Below are positions 41,745 to 49,936 of a stretch of DNA of 64,000 nt, piece by piece. Each line of letters begins with the position of its first letter. The first letter of the stretch is position 1. The notes under the pieces are model-generated. The model had not been told where the DNA came from, ran no database searches, and saw only the letters and a program-made list of their open reading frames with translations. The stretch is from Candidatus Kapaibacterium sp. GTDB lineage: Bacteria; Bacteroidota; Ignavibacteria; Kapaibacteriales; WFXC01. Location of the stretch: assembly GCA_015490805.1 (NCBI GenBank), contig WFXC01000018.1, positions 72,880 to 136,879 on the forward strand, written 5' to 3'. The position numbers and the translations under genes were made by a program.

Positions 41745-42150
41745 GGAAGGTGCACGCGAAAGCGTGTGTTCCCCGGAGCGGAAAGTACCAACACCAGGAG
41801 CACCCCACCGGGAACGCCGGCTTTCGTCGGCAACGTTGCGAATGTGTAGGGGCGACGGGCCGGTCGCCCCTACGGGTGCGGGTGCAATGTAAGGGCGCAG
41901 CGACGATGCGTCCCTGCGGGATGGACAGACGCGCGGGTCTGTCCCTACTGGGAGCGCCGACTTCAGTCGGCAAAGAAGTTCCCTCTTCCTGCGGGAGAAG
42001 GTCAGGGTGAGGGCAATGCACGCTAAAGCGTGTGCTCCCAGCTAACCAGAAGCACTTCACTGGGAGCACCGGCTTTAGCCGGCAAAAAAAATGCATCCTA
42101 AGGGATACGCTCCCAGACCCGCTGAAGGACGCGCTCCCGGTGCAGCGATT
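41745..42150. repeat. cluster of short palindromic REP-like units (locus B), including copy 2 (41830-41974) of the 145 nt composite element
   Basis: Same unit types and orientation as locus A. Hairpins GCCGACTTCAGTCGGC, GCCGGCTTTAGCCGGC, CACGCTAAAGCGTG, GCATCCTAAGGGATACGC. Confidence 0.85.
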
Positions 42151-42257
42151 GTTTGGTCGTTTCCAGAATTTTTTGTAATTTGCACGCCGAATAGCAAGCC
42201 GGATGATGCCATATCGGCGATGCATGCAGGAGTAGCAGGAGATAAGGAACTCACCCG

Positions 42258-42370
42258 CCGTGCGGCGGCAAGGCTGTGCGGCAAGGCTGTGCGGCAAGGC
42301 TGTGCGGCAAGGCTGTGCGGCAAGGCTGTGCGGCAAGGCTGTGCGGCAAGGCTGTGCGGCAAGGCTGTGC
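42258..42370. repeat. perfect 13 bp tandem repeat (GGCAAGGCTGTGC), 8 full copies plus a partial leading copy
   Basis: Read directly: 42267-42370 is exactly 8 x 13 bp with no mismatches. The period is not a multiple of 3. All six frames are open, which explains the CGKAVRQGC-repeat artefact ORFs in the track. Confidence 0.95.
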
Positions 42371-42591
42371 GATATTATCATCCCATCAGAGACTAACCGG
42401 TCGAGATCCTCCAGATTCTTTACACTGTGTGACGCACAGAAGGCGCAGCAGAGATCCACCATCGCGGTGGGGTGATCTCTTTGTCAGGAAGACTTCAACA
42501 AGAACACGTAAAAACACCAAAAACAATTTAAACCTAAAACCAAAACAAACACAATGACAAACAACAGAAGTTGAACAAAAACAGAGGTGAT

Positions 42592-43194
42592 GCAATGAAA
42601 CGAAACACTTCCATTCTCAGACTTTTGTTCCTGATGAGTTTCGGTTTTGCAGTGATGATGGGAACGCAGCAGGTGTTTGCCCAGATAACGGAGCCTTGTC
42701 TTCCCGACTGTCAGAGTGATCAGTGGACACCGCCTTATCCGGATCCTCCATTAAAAATGCGCGTAACTTTATCTTGTGGTGAGGTTGTAGAGGTAAGATT
42801 CCGCTATCGCAAGGCATGTGGTTGGTGGAATGATCTATATCTGGAGGGTATAACGTTTGTTGGTGGATATACAGCGGCAACCCGGTGTGGATTAACGTTG
42901 ACTTTGAAGCAGATGCTCGAAGAAGCGACAAGGAAGGTTTTGCGGAAATTTCATCCGCAGGCTTGGGATGATCCGCAAGAGGGTGAGTGTATAGATCGAT
43001 GGCGAGTGATGTACGGGGCGTGTTGGCAGCCTGACTTTCCAATTAACGCCGGGATTCCATCGATGACTGCGCCGTCAAATACGCCACCGTGGTATGATCC
43101 TCAGGCAACCTCTGGATCGCTGTGTGGCCCTGCGAGTATCAGATCTGCTGTTTGGATTATTATGAGATTTGCAAGAGGAACGGTAACTATATAG
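42592..43194 (+). CDS. small Cys-rich secreted protein, with a probable -1 frameshift near 43100-43190 that would extend it to 43274
   Basis: Signal peptide MKRNTSILRLLFLMSFGFAVMMGTQQVFAQ. 10 Cys in the mature part. An alternative frame from about 43098 encodes a further Cys-rich tail (WPCEYQICCLDYYEICKRNGNYIVTKYDSEPEECVLDPSQDPNCEPVCD) ending at 43274. Confidence 0.45.
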   Translation, partial: AMKRNTSILRLLFLMSFGFAVMMGTQQVFAQITEPCLPDCQSDQWTPPYPDPPLKMRVTLSCGEVVEVRFRYRKACGWWNDLYLEGITFVGGYTAATRCGLTLTLKQMLEEATRKVLRKFHPQAWDDPQEGECIDRWRVMYGACWQPDFPINAGIPSMTAPSNTPPWYDPQATSGSLCGPASIRSAVWIIMRFARGTVTI

Positions 43195-43367
43195 TTACCA
43201 AATATGATTCGGAGCCGGAAGAGTGCGTGCTGGATCCATCGCAAGATCCTAACTGCGAGCCGGTGTGCGATTAGCAGAGAAACTGTCTTAATGACACCAG
43301 CGGTGCTGGCAGCAGCCAGCACCGCTTTTTGGAATTTCTGAAGTTCAACAAAAGCAGGAAGAAGAAA

Positions 43368-45212
43368 ATGATGAAACTGATAGGAAAGTACTGGCTGCTG
43401 GGAGTTCTCAGTCTGTGGACAGTGGCAGGGAGGGCGCAGTATCCGGTGAAATGGGAAGTTCATACGGTGAACTGGAGTCCGGGGTATTGCTATTATGATG
43501 AGACCTTCAAGCGGGATAGCCTGTATGTGAACAATCGGCTGATAGAGATCGGGGTCGATCTGGAAGCACTGGACAGCCGGCGGTATATTATGGCGTTTTA
43601 TGATTGCCCGTCGGTAGTGATCACGACGGACTACGGGAAGAGCTGGAAGCGGATTTTTGATTTCGGGGAGGATGATCGGGTGGGGAATGTGGAGATGCAC
43701 GTTGTGGATGTGGAATGGGTAACGCCGCAAGTGCTGTATATTTTGATTGATAGCGTGGAGGTTTTTGGGGATCGAACCAGTACAGTATTGCTGCGGAGTC
43801 GGGATGGAGGGGAGAGTTTTGAGGCGATACCGATATGGACACGGGCGCAGACGCAGCAGTCCGGATGGGAGTTGGTGCCCATTGACATTAGCTTTGCCGA
43901 TTCACTCAATGGGATTATGGGGTGTCATAGTAGTGGACGGGAGGAAGGAGAGCGACCAGTGTTGTTATACACAACGGATGGGGGAGATAGCTGGGATACA
44001 GTCGATGCAGTACGGGACATTCTGTTAATGCCTAAATCTACCAGTGTTATAGCCTGGAATGACAGCGATTGTCTCAAAGCGTTTGCACCGGGACATTGGG
44101 TGGTGTTTACGTGGGACTCCGTGTTTCAGACCACTAATTGGGGAGAGACCTGGGAACGGGTAAACTGGCAGGAGCAGATTCCGAGGTGTCAACAACCGGG
44201 ATGTTCGTTTGAAGAGGTGGACTTTGTGACAAAGACGACCTGGTTTTTGAGTCTGCGGGTGAGGGGAAAAAATCCCGTGGAGTTATCGGATCTTGTAATT
44301 CGAACTACCGATGGTGGACGGACATTCGAGACGGTGCTGGATACACTACCACCCGGCGATCCGCGAGGCTATGAACATCCGTTTATTGGAATGTTGCGAA
44401 GTATCTGTTTTGCCGATACGTTGTATGGATTTGCAATGGGGTTTGAGGGGAAGATCTGGAAGACGACCGATGGGGGCAGAAGCTGGGAACTGGAGGATAA
44501 TGATTTGCTGGAACCGCCAGTGTATCCAACGATGCGGCGGATTGATGAGTGCGTGTGTAAGGCACGGGATACGGTGATAGCGCTGGCGCAATACCGGTGG
44601 TTGCGGTATAACCGGCAGGGAATTCTGCCAATGCCCGTATGGGCATCGTTTGAAGATCCACCGTATCCCTATCAGAGAATCACAGAACGTCCCTACGTGT
44701 TGCGGTGGCATCCGGTGGAAGGGGCAACGTGGTATCAGCTTCGATTGGTGCAGGTGCAGTGGGGAGGAATAAGGATACTGGACATCCCGATTGATACGGT
44801 GTTGAGCGATACTTTGATCGTACTGGATTTACCGAACGGGACGCTGTATTTTGCCTACATTCGTGCGGGCAATGAGGATGTGGTCAGCAACTGGCGGGAA
44901 ACCAGATTTGCTGTCCTGATCGGATATACGGGAGTTGGAGAGGAGAAGGAGATCGGAGGCCGATGGCGACGGACGCTGGTGGTGCCGAATCCGGGGGATG
45001 GAACGATCCAGTTTCGGGTTCCGTGGTCCGGGGAATGGACGGTGGCGTTGATCGGGCAGTTAGGAGAGCGGATCGAGGAGCGGTCGCTTGGGAGGCGACA
45101 GGCGTGGGAGACGGTAACGATCGACTTTTCACACCAGCCGTCGGGGTTTTACCTGCTGTACTGCCGCAGCGACCGTGGCTGGTGGGTGGAACCGGTGGTG
45201 ATTGTTAAGTGA
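43368..45212 (+). CDS. BNR/Asp-box repeat protein (Ycf48 / sialidase-like beta-propeller) with a T9SS C-terminal sorting domain
   Basis: Signal peptide. Multiple S/T-x-D-G-G-x-S/T-W boxes (TDYGKSWK, SRDGGESFE, TTDGGDSWD, TTDGGRTFE, TTDGGRSWE). Por_Secre_tail-like C-terminus. Confidence 0.7.
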   Translation: MMKLIGKYWLLGVLSLWTVAGRAQYPVKWEVHTVNWSPGYCYYDETFKRDSLYVNNRLIEIGVDLEALDSRRYIMAFYDCPSVVITTDYGKSWKRIFDFGEDDRVGNVEMHVVDVEWVTPQVLYILIDSVEVFGDRTSTVLLRSRDGGESFEAIPIWTRAQTQQSGWELVPIDISFADSLNGIMGCHSSGREEGERPVLLYTTDGGDSWDTVDAVRDILLMPKSTSVIAWNDSDCLKAFAPGHWVVFTWDSVFQTTNWGETWERVNWQEQIPRCQQPGCSFEEVDFVTKTTWFLSLRVRGKNPVELSDLVIRTTDGGRTFETVLDTLPPGDPRGYEHPFIGMLRSICFADTLYGFAMGFEGKIWKTTDGGRSWELEDNDLLEPPVYPTMRRIDECVCKARDTVIALAQYRWLRYNRQGILPMPVWASFEDPPYPYQRITERPYVLRWHPVEGATWYQLRLVQVQWGGIRILDIPIDTVLSDTLIVLDLPNGTLYFAYIRAGNEDVVSNWRETRFAVLIGYTGVGEEKEIGGRWRRTLVVPNPGDGTIQFRVPWSGEWTVALIGQLGERIEERSLGRRQAWETVTIDFSHQPSGFYLLYCRSDRGWWVEPVVIVK

Positions 45213-45225
45213 GGAAGGAGGCGAG

Positions 45226-46587
45226 AGGATGAAGATAAAGAAACAGGTTATGGCGGTATGGGTTGTTGTAGGGTTATGGGCAACGGCGGGATTGGGGCAG
45301 CAGTTGTGGTGGCTGGGAACGTTAGGTGGCAGTGGGACACAATTAGAAGAGGGGAAGGCAACGGGGGTGTCCGATGATGGTCAGGTTGTGGTCGGGTATG
45401 CGAAAGCAGCCGATGGGCAGGTGCGGGCGTTTCGGTGGACGAAGGCAGGCGGGATGGAGGAGCTTGCGGGAGATGGTGGCAGCGAGAGTCGAGCGTATGG
45501 AGTCAGCAGTGATGGCAGGGTCGTAGTGGGGGCGGTGCGAGGGAGTGATGGCAGGTGGCAGGCAGTGCGGTGGGAAGTGGGCAAAGGGATGGTGGTATTG
45601 AAGCGGGGAGAAGCGGAGATCGAAGGGGAGGCGCTGGGGATAACGCCGGATGGTCGAGTGATTGTAGGGTGGTGGCATAATGGAGGCGGAGAGGTGCGAG
45701 CATTTCGGTGGAGTGAGGGAAAGGGTTTTGAGGATCTGGGCAGGTTTTCCGATGGGGATACGGCGGTAGCAACGAATGTGAGTGAGGATGGGCAGGTAGT
45801 GGTAGGGTGGGGGAATCGAGAAGGGGAAGAAGGGGAGCGGTATCATCGGGCATTTCGATGGACGGAAGGAGGTGGGATGGAAGATCTTGGGGAAGTAGGA
45901 GGAGGATGGAGTCGGGCATATGGGGTCAGTGGGGATGGGAGGATCGTGGTAGGGGCGGCAGCGAACCAGTATCGGATGGTGGTAGCATTCTGGTGGCGAG
46001 AGGGGACGATGTCGGTGTTGACTGATCCGCGGCAGGTGTATATGCAGTCGGCGGTAGCGAGGGATATATCGGCAGATGGCGGAGTTGTGGTGGGGGAGAC
46101 GGTGCCGGCAGGAGGTTTTTGGTGGACAAAGAGGAGTGGACGGGTAGAGTTTTTGCAGGGGCGGTTTGGGGAATTGGTATCGGATGGGTCGGTATTAGCA
46201 GCGGCGGTGGGGGTATCGCGGGATGGGCGGTATATAGTGGGGAGCGGGTATACGGTGGAGCGAGGGCGGATTGAACCGTTTCTGCTGGATACGGAAGGGA
46301 CGGTGGGAGTGGTAGAAGAAGGGGAGAAGGATGGGGAGAGGATCAAGGTAGAGCAGGGAGCAGGCGGGATACGGGTTCGGATGGAGGGAGTAAGGGGGCG
46401 AGTGCGGGTGAGGGTGTATGATTACAGCGGGCGGCAGGTGTGGGAGAGGGAAGCGGAAGGGAGTGGAGAAGTGGTGATAGAGTGGGATGGGGAAGATGGC
46501 AGAGGGGTAGAAGTGAGTCGAGGGATTTATTTCTGGGTAATAGAGTGTGGAGAAGAGCGGATGGTAGTGCCGGTTGTGTGGCGGTAG
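45226..46587 (+). CDS. HAF-family extracellular repeat protein with a T9SS C-terminal sorting domain
   Basis: Signal peptide. About 8 repeats of roughly 45 aa, of the form GVS.DG.VVVG...(R/H)AFRW....GM.DLG. Por_Secre_tail-like C-terminus. Confidence 0.65.
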   Translation, partial: RMKIKKQVMAVWVVVGLWATAGLGQQLWWLGTLGGSGTQLEEGKATGVSDDGQVVVGYAKAADGQVRAFRWTKAGGMEELAGDGGSESRAYGVSSDGRVVVGAVRGSDGRWQAVRWEVGKGMVVLKRGEAEIEGEALGITPDGRVIVGWWHNGGGEVRAFRWSEGKGFEDLGRFSDGDTAVATNVSEDGQVVVGWGNREGEEGERYHRAFRWTEGGGMEDLGEVGGGWSRAYGVSGDGRIVVGAAANQYRMVVAFWWREGTMSVLTDPRQVYMQSAVARDISADGGVVVGETVPAGGFWWTKRSGRVEFLQGRFGELVSDGSVLAAAVGVSRDGRYIVGSGYTVERGRIEPFLLDTEGTVGVVEEGEKDGERIKVEQGAGGIRVRMEGVRGRVRVRVYDYSGRQVWEREAEGSGEVVIEWDGEDGRGVEVSRGIYFWVIECGEERMVVPVVWR

Positions 46588-46606
46588 GAAGACAAATTGA
46601 GAGAAA

Positions 46607-46635
46607 GGGAGCAGCATTGGTTGCTGCTCCCTTTG
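46607..46635 (+). terminator. Rho-independent terminator after the HAF-repeat gene
   Basis: Perfect 9 bp stem GGGAGCAGC / GCTGCTCCC with a 7 nt loop. Followed by TTTG. Lies 20 nt after the stop. Confidence 0.5.
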
Positions 46636-46926
46636 CTCCGATGGGAGTTACCGAAGCAGGGTGAAAAGCTGGCTGAGGGCCTGATTGTTGGTTACATATT
46701 GTGGTAACTTCGTAAGGGCAGAGGGGGCGAAAGAAAAACCACACTGAAGAGAGCCGTCAGACGCATAGTTTCAATTTCTCATTTGTTTCACAACTGCTCG
46801 GCCTTGCCCCAAAGTGCGGAACTGTTTTTTACAATCCGGGGAGTTCGGGATTGGTTACAACCAGAGAATATCGCCAGATGCAATGGTGGAGGAGTAAAGG
46901 GTGATGCCTGAAATGAGTGCGAACTT

Positions 46927-48900
46927 TTATCGAGGCGAGTGCCAGAGGAACGGCTGACAGAGGCGCTGAGTTGATGAAGAGGTGCAGAACCAGTAGATTC
47001 CAGAACTGAGGAGTGGAAGTGACAGGATAAGCGTTGTACGACCGGGAGGAAGGGTGCCCTCAGCAATCTTTTCTCCTCGCGCATTGTAAATGCTCCAGGA
47101 GGGGAAAGAAGCCGGTAATTGAACCAGCAGCTCGTTACCGTGCTGTTTGAGCTGCATTGTCGCGGGTCTGGAAGTGAAAACGCCAGTCAGCGGTGTTCTG
47201 AGAAGAAAGTACTGAAGCGTTCCCGGCAGAATCTCGCGTTCAAACTGGCTGTGTACGGAATCGATAACGGTGTGAGTAAACCCATCGAAGAGGAGAAAAT
47301 TATTCTCGGAATCAGGAGGAATGACAATCGTTGCTGTAACGGGGTCTGAACAGTGATTGAACAGCAGAAGAAAACGGGCGGTGTCAGTGTATCGAATGGT
47401 CCAATCCAGACAGTCCACCTGTTCCCTGGGTGCTACTTGGATAGCGATAGTTGTATCGGGTGGTGCATACAGTGCAGGAAGCAACTGTTCCAGCGTATCA
47501 AGCAGTACTGGAAAGGATTGCCACCACGGCAGCAAATCAAGAGGAATGCCGGTTGGGTAGTGCGGATCTTTGTAATACCCGATACCACCGGCGCCTGCGA
47601 GCAGGCTGCGCCAGAGGGCAGTTCGAAAGTCTGCATATCGGCGGTAGTAGTTCAGTTGCGCCAGAAAGGGGATCGTTTGTTGATCTTCCAGAAACTGGAG
47701 CATCCACCACCGGGTCGGTTCGGTCGATAGCCGGGCATCGGTAAATGCGGCAGCGTCGTGGATGTTCCCATTATAGCGAGAAAAGTACGTACCGCTGAGA
47801 TCGACAATGCTGTTGAACATTCGGGCAATGCCGGCGTGTCCCTGAAGTGCATAGACCGGGCACCAGGGACCACCGACAAGATCGTGTTCCAGCGATCGGA
47901 TAAAGGCAACGATGCGCTGCACCATCTCCCGCTCGTCGTAGTCTTCATTGTCCCAGTAATAGAAAATCAGGTGGTTGCGGAGAGAATCGGTCAGAATCCG
48001 GGTTAGTTCCTGGCGGAGCGTTGCCGTATCGCCATAGTAGCGACGATCAGGGGTATTGTTGCTGACAAATCGGGTGATGTTGAAACCAACGAACAAACCA
48101 CTCTGTGCTGCTTTTCGGAATTGTTGGTAGTTCCACGCCCAGATGTACGTGTTGAATCCCTGTTCCCGGTACAGCTTCCAGTCACGTGTCGGATGAGTGG
48201 AGTAAATCGCTATCGGAAACAGCGGTTTCCACCCGGTTGCAGTGCGGTGGCGCATTTTGCCCCGGCAGTCGACTTTGACATTGATGCCGTCGAAGGCAAT
48301 CTTTTCTGCTGGAGGAGAACGAAATCGCACGCCGGGACCAAAGTACAACTGGTCAATCCACACAAAGCCATCATTTTCTGGACCATCGAAACGATCAATG
48401 TAGATCGTGACATACGCTGCTTCCTCAGGTGGCTCAAGCACGAGTGCGATTTCCTGCCAGGTGTCAGAGCGGGTCAGGGCGAAAGTTGAAGCGTGAGCCA
48501 GATGCAATGGTTGAGAAACGGTGTCCATATAGGCACAGACCATCAGAACAACGGAAAATGGTTTTGCTGACCGTGCCATAGCGGAGAACGTGTAGTACCG
48601 GCGTTGAAATACGGAACGCTGGAGGGGGATTTTGTAGATCAGGAGTCGGGAAAGGGTATCGGGTTGATAGGGAAGAACCACCGCGCCTGAGCCATCGTTT
48701 TGAAAACTGGTTGTGCTGTCCCGGAAAGCAACACCCAGAAGGCGAACTTCGGAAGTGCCAGTGATACTGGAGTCGCGGATCAGATTTTGATATGCCTGCT
48801 GCATTGGCTGCAACCGACAGGGAGGTTGAGCGATCGCAGCGGAGATAAAAACGATTGCTATTCCGAAGGTTGTCCAGCTCCGCACGGCTCTTTCCTCCAT
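46927..48900 (-). CDS. secreted glycoside-hydrolase-like protein (N-terminal beta-sandwich plus TIM-barrel-like region) with a T9SS C-terminal sorting domain
   Basis: Signal peptide (FGIAIVFISAAIAQ). 657 aa. Por_Secre_tail-like C-terminus. The catalytic family cannot be assigned without a search. Confidence 0.5.
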   Translation of the reverse strand: MEERAVRSWTTFGIAIVFISAAIAQPPCRLQPMQQAYQNLIRDSSITGTSEVRLLGVAFRDSTTSFQNDGSGAVVLPYQPDTLSRLLIYKIPLQRSVFQRRYYTFSAMARSAKPFSVVLMVCAYMDTVSQPLHLAHASTFALTRSDTWQEIALVLEPPEEAAYVTIYIDRFDGPENDGFVWIDQLYFGPGVRFRSPPAEKIAFDGINVKVDCRGKMRHRTATGWKPLFPIAIYSTHPTRDWKLYREQGFNTYIWAWNYQQFRKAAQSGLFVGFNITRFVSNNTPDRRYYGDTATLRQELTRILTDSLRNHLIFYYWDNEDYDEREMVQRIVAFIRSLEHDLVGGPWCPVYALQGHAGIARMFNSIVDLSGTYFSRYNGNIHDAAAFTDARLSTEPTRWWMLQFLEDQQTIPFLAQLNYYRRYADFRTALWRSLLAGAGGIGYYKDPHYPTGIPLDLLPWWQSFPVLLDTLEQLLPALYAPPDTTIAIQVAPREQVDCLDWTIRYTDTARFLLLFNHCSDPVTATIVIPPDSENNFLLFDGFTHTVIDSVHSQFEREILPGTLQYFLLRTPLTGVFTSRPATMQLKQHGNELLVQLPASFPSWSIYNARGEKIAEGTLPPGRTTLILSLPLLSSGIYWFCTSSSTQRLCQPFLWHSPR

Positions 48901-49026
48901 TGATCTCCAGCAAATTTACAAAGGAATCGGTAACTGCACGCTACCCCTGAACGAGAAATCAGAGATGGTGTTTTCACTGCGCGTGGCACGACACCACAAG
49001 ATGTTGGTGGGATTTTGACAGAGCCG

Positions 49027-49869
49027 TTACTCGTCAAAAACGAACACCGACTCCGGATAGAACCGCACTTTGTTGTTGAGAATTTTTTTTGTCAGCCACT
49101 GATCCAGCCACTGGTTCTTTTCCTCCAGGGATGAGGGTGTCTTGAGAATTTCCAGCGGGAAGTTGAGGTTCAAGGCTCTACCGGTGATGAGGTGGCGTGT
49201 GATGCCTGTGGGAAGGCAACAGTCGCTCTGGACAATGGTGACAATTTCATCGGGGGTAAAGGTTGGAAAGACGATGACAATGGTTTGAGGACGCTGATGC
49301 TCGATAATTTGTTCCAGCTCTTCGGAAGCCAGCCGGTGAATAGGATGGTATTCTGCGTACAGAGCGACCAATTCCCGGAGCCGATTTGCTAAGGTGAGCA
49401 AATTGCCATCAGTTTCAATCCCGATAATGCGGCGGTCGGGAAAGCTACAGTAGCAGGCAATGGCGCGGCGCTCCAGCAGCTCCAGCGCCTCTTCCAGTGA
49501 TAGCTGGCGAATGGGAAAGCGTGATGTCAGTTGCTGGTAGAAGCGGTTAGGCTGGGCATTGCTCAGGAGATGGTGCCACGAACCCAGATAGACGCCGTTG
49601 CGGTAATCCACGATTTGTGCCACAATGTACTGGTAGCCTAATTGTCGGAGAGCTGTCGTGCGGGTGGCGCCGTCCAGCACCATCACCTTCGTTTCCGGGT
49701 TATCTGGCTGTAGTGGCGTTACCACCGGAGGATTTCGCAGGACAAAGTTGATTTGCAACTGCTGTCGCAAACGCTCTACCCGTGCTGGCTCAATTTCTTC
49801 GTGCAATACCAGGCTGGAAATGGGAAAGATTTTCAATTTGAGCAAGTCCGTTGTTAAGTGATTGCGCAT
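49027..49869 (-). CDS. ParB/sulfiredoxin-fold (ParB N-terminal domain-like) protein, otherwise uncharacterised
   Basis: N-terminal pattern (PISSLVLHEEIEPARVERLRQQLQINFVLRNPPVV...VLDGATRTTALRQLG) matches the ParB nuclease-domain core. No HTH is recognisable. 280 aa. Confidence 0.45.
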   Translation of the reverse strand: MRNHLTTDLLKLKIFPISSLVLHEEIEPARVERLRQQLQINFVLRNPPVVTPLQPDNPETKVMVLDGATRTTALRQLGYQYIVAQIVDYRNGVYLGSWHHLLSNAQPNRFYQQLTSRFPIRQLSLEEALELLERRAIACYCSFPDRRIIGIETDGNLLTLANRLRELVALYAEYHPIHRLASEELEQIIEHQRPQTIVIVFPTFTPDEIVTIVQSDCCLPTGITRHLITGRALNLNFPLEILKTPSSLEEKNQWLDQWLTKKILNNKVRFYPESVFVFDE

Positions 49870-49936
49870 TGCTGTGCCTTTTTGTCCTACGTCTTGCCAG
49901 CCAATCTGGAATTACGGAACAGCAATTTACGCCAAT

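Noticed and set aside
42258-42370. CRISPR array
   Set aside because: The repeat is 13 bp with no intervening unique spacers. It is a pure tandem satellite, not a repeat-spacer array, and there are no cas genes in the window.
42075-42557. ORF-track ORFs with AARLCGKAVRQGC-type repeats (42075-42362, 42091-42396, 42260-42475, 42276-42557), and the similar small ORFs inside repeat loci A and C (for example 18964-19188 and 55948-56259)
   Set aside because: They are open in several frames at once only because the 13-mer array and palindromic units lack stop codons. There is no start context, signal or coding periodicity. They are translation artefacts of non-coding repeats.
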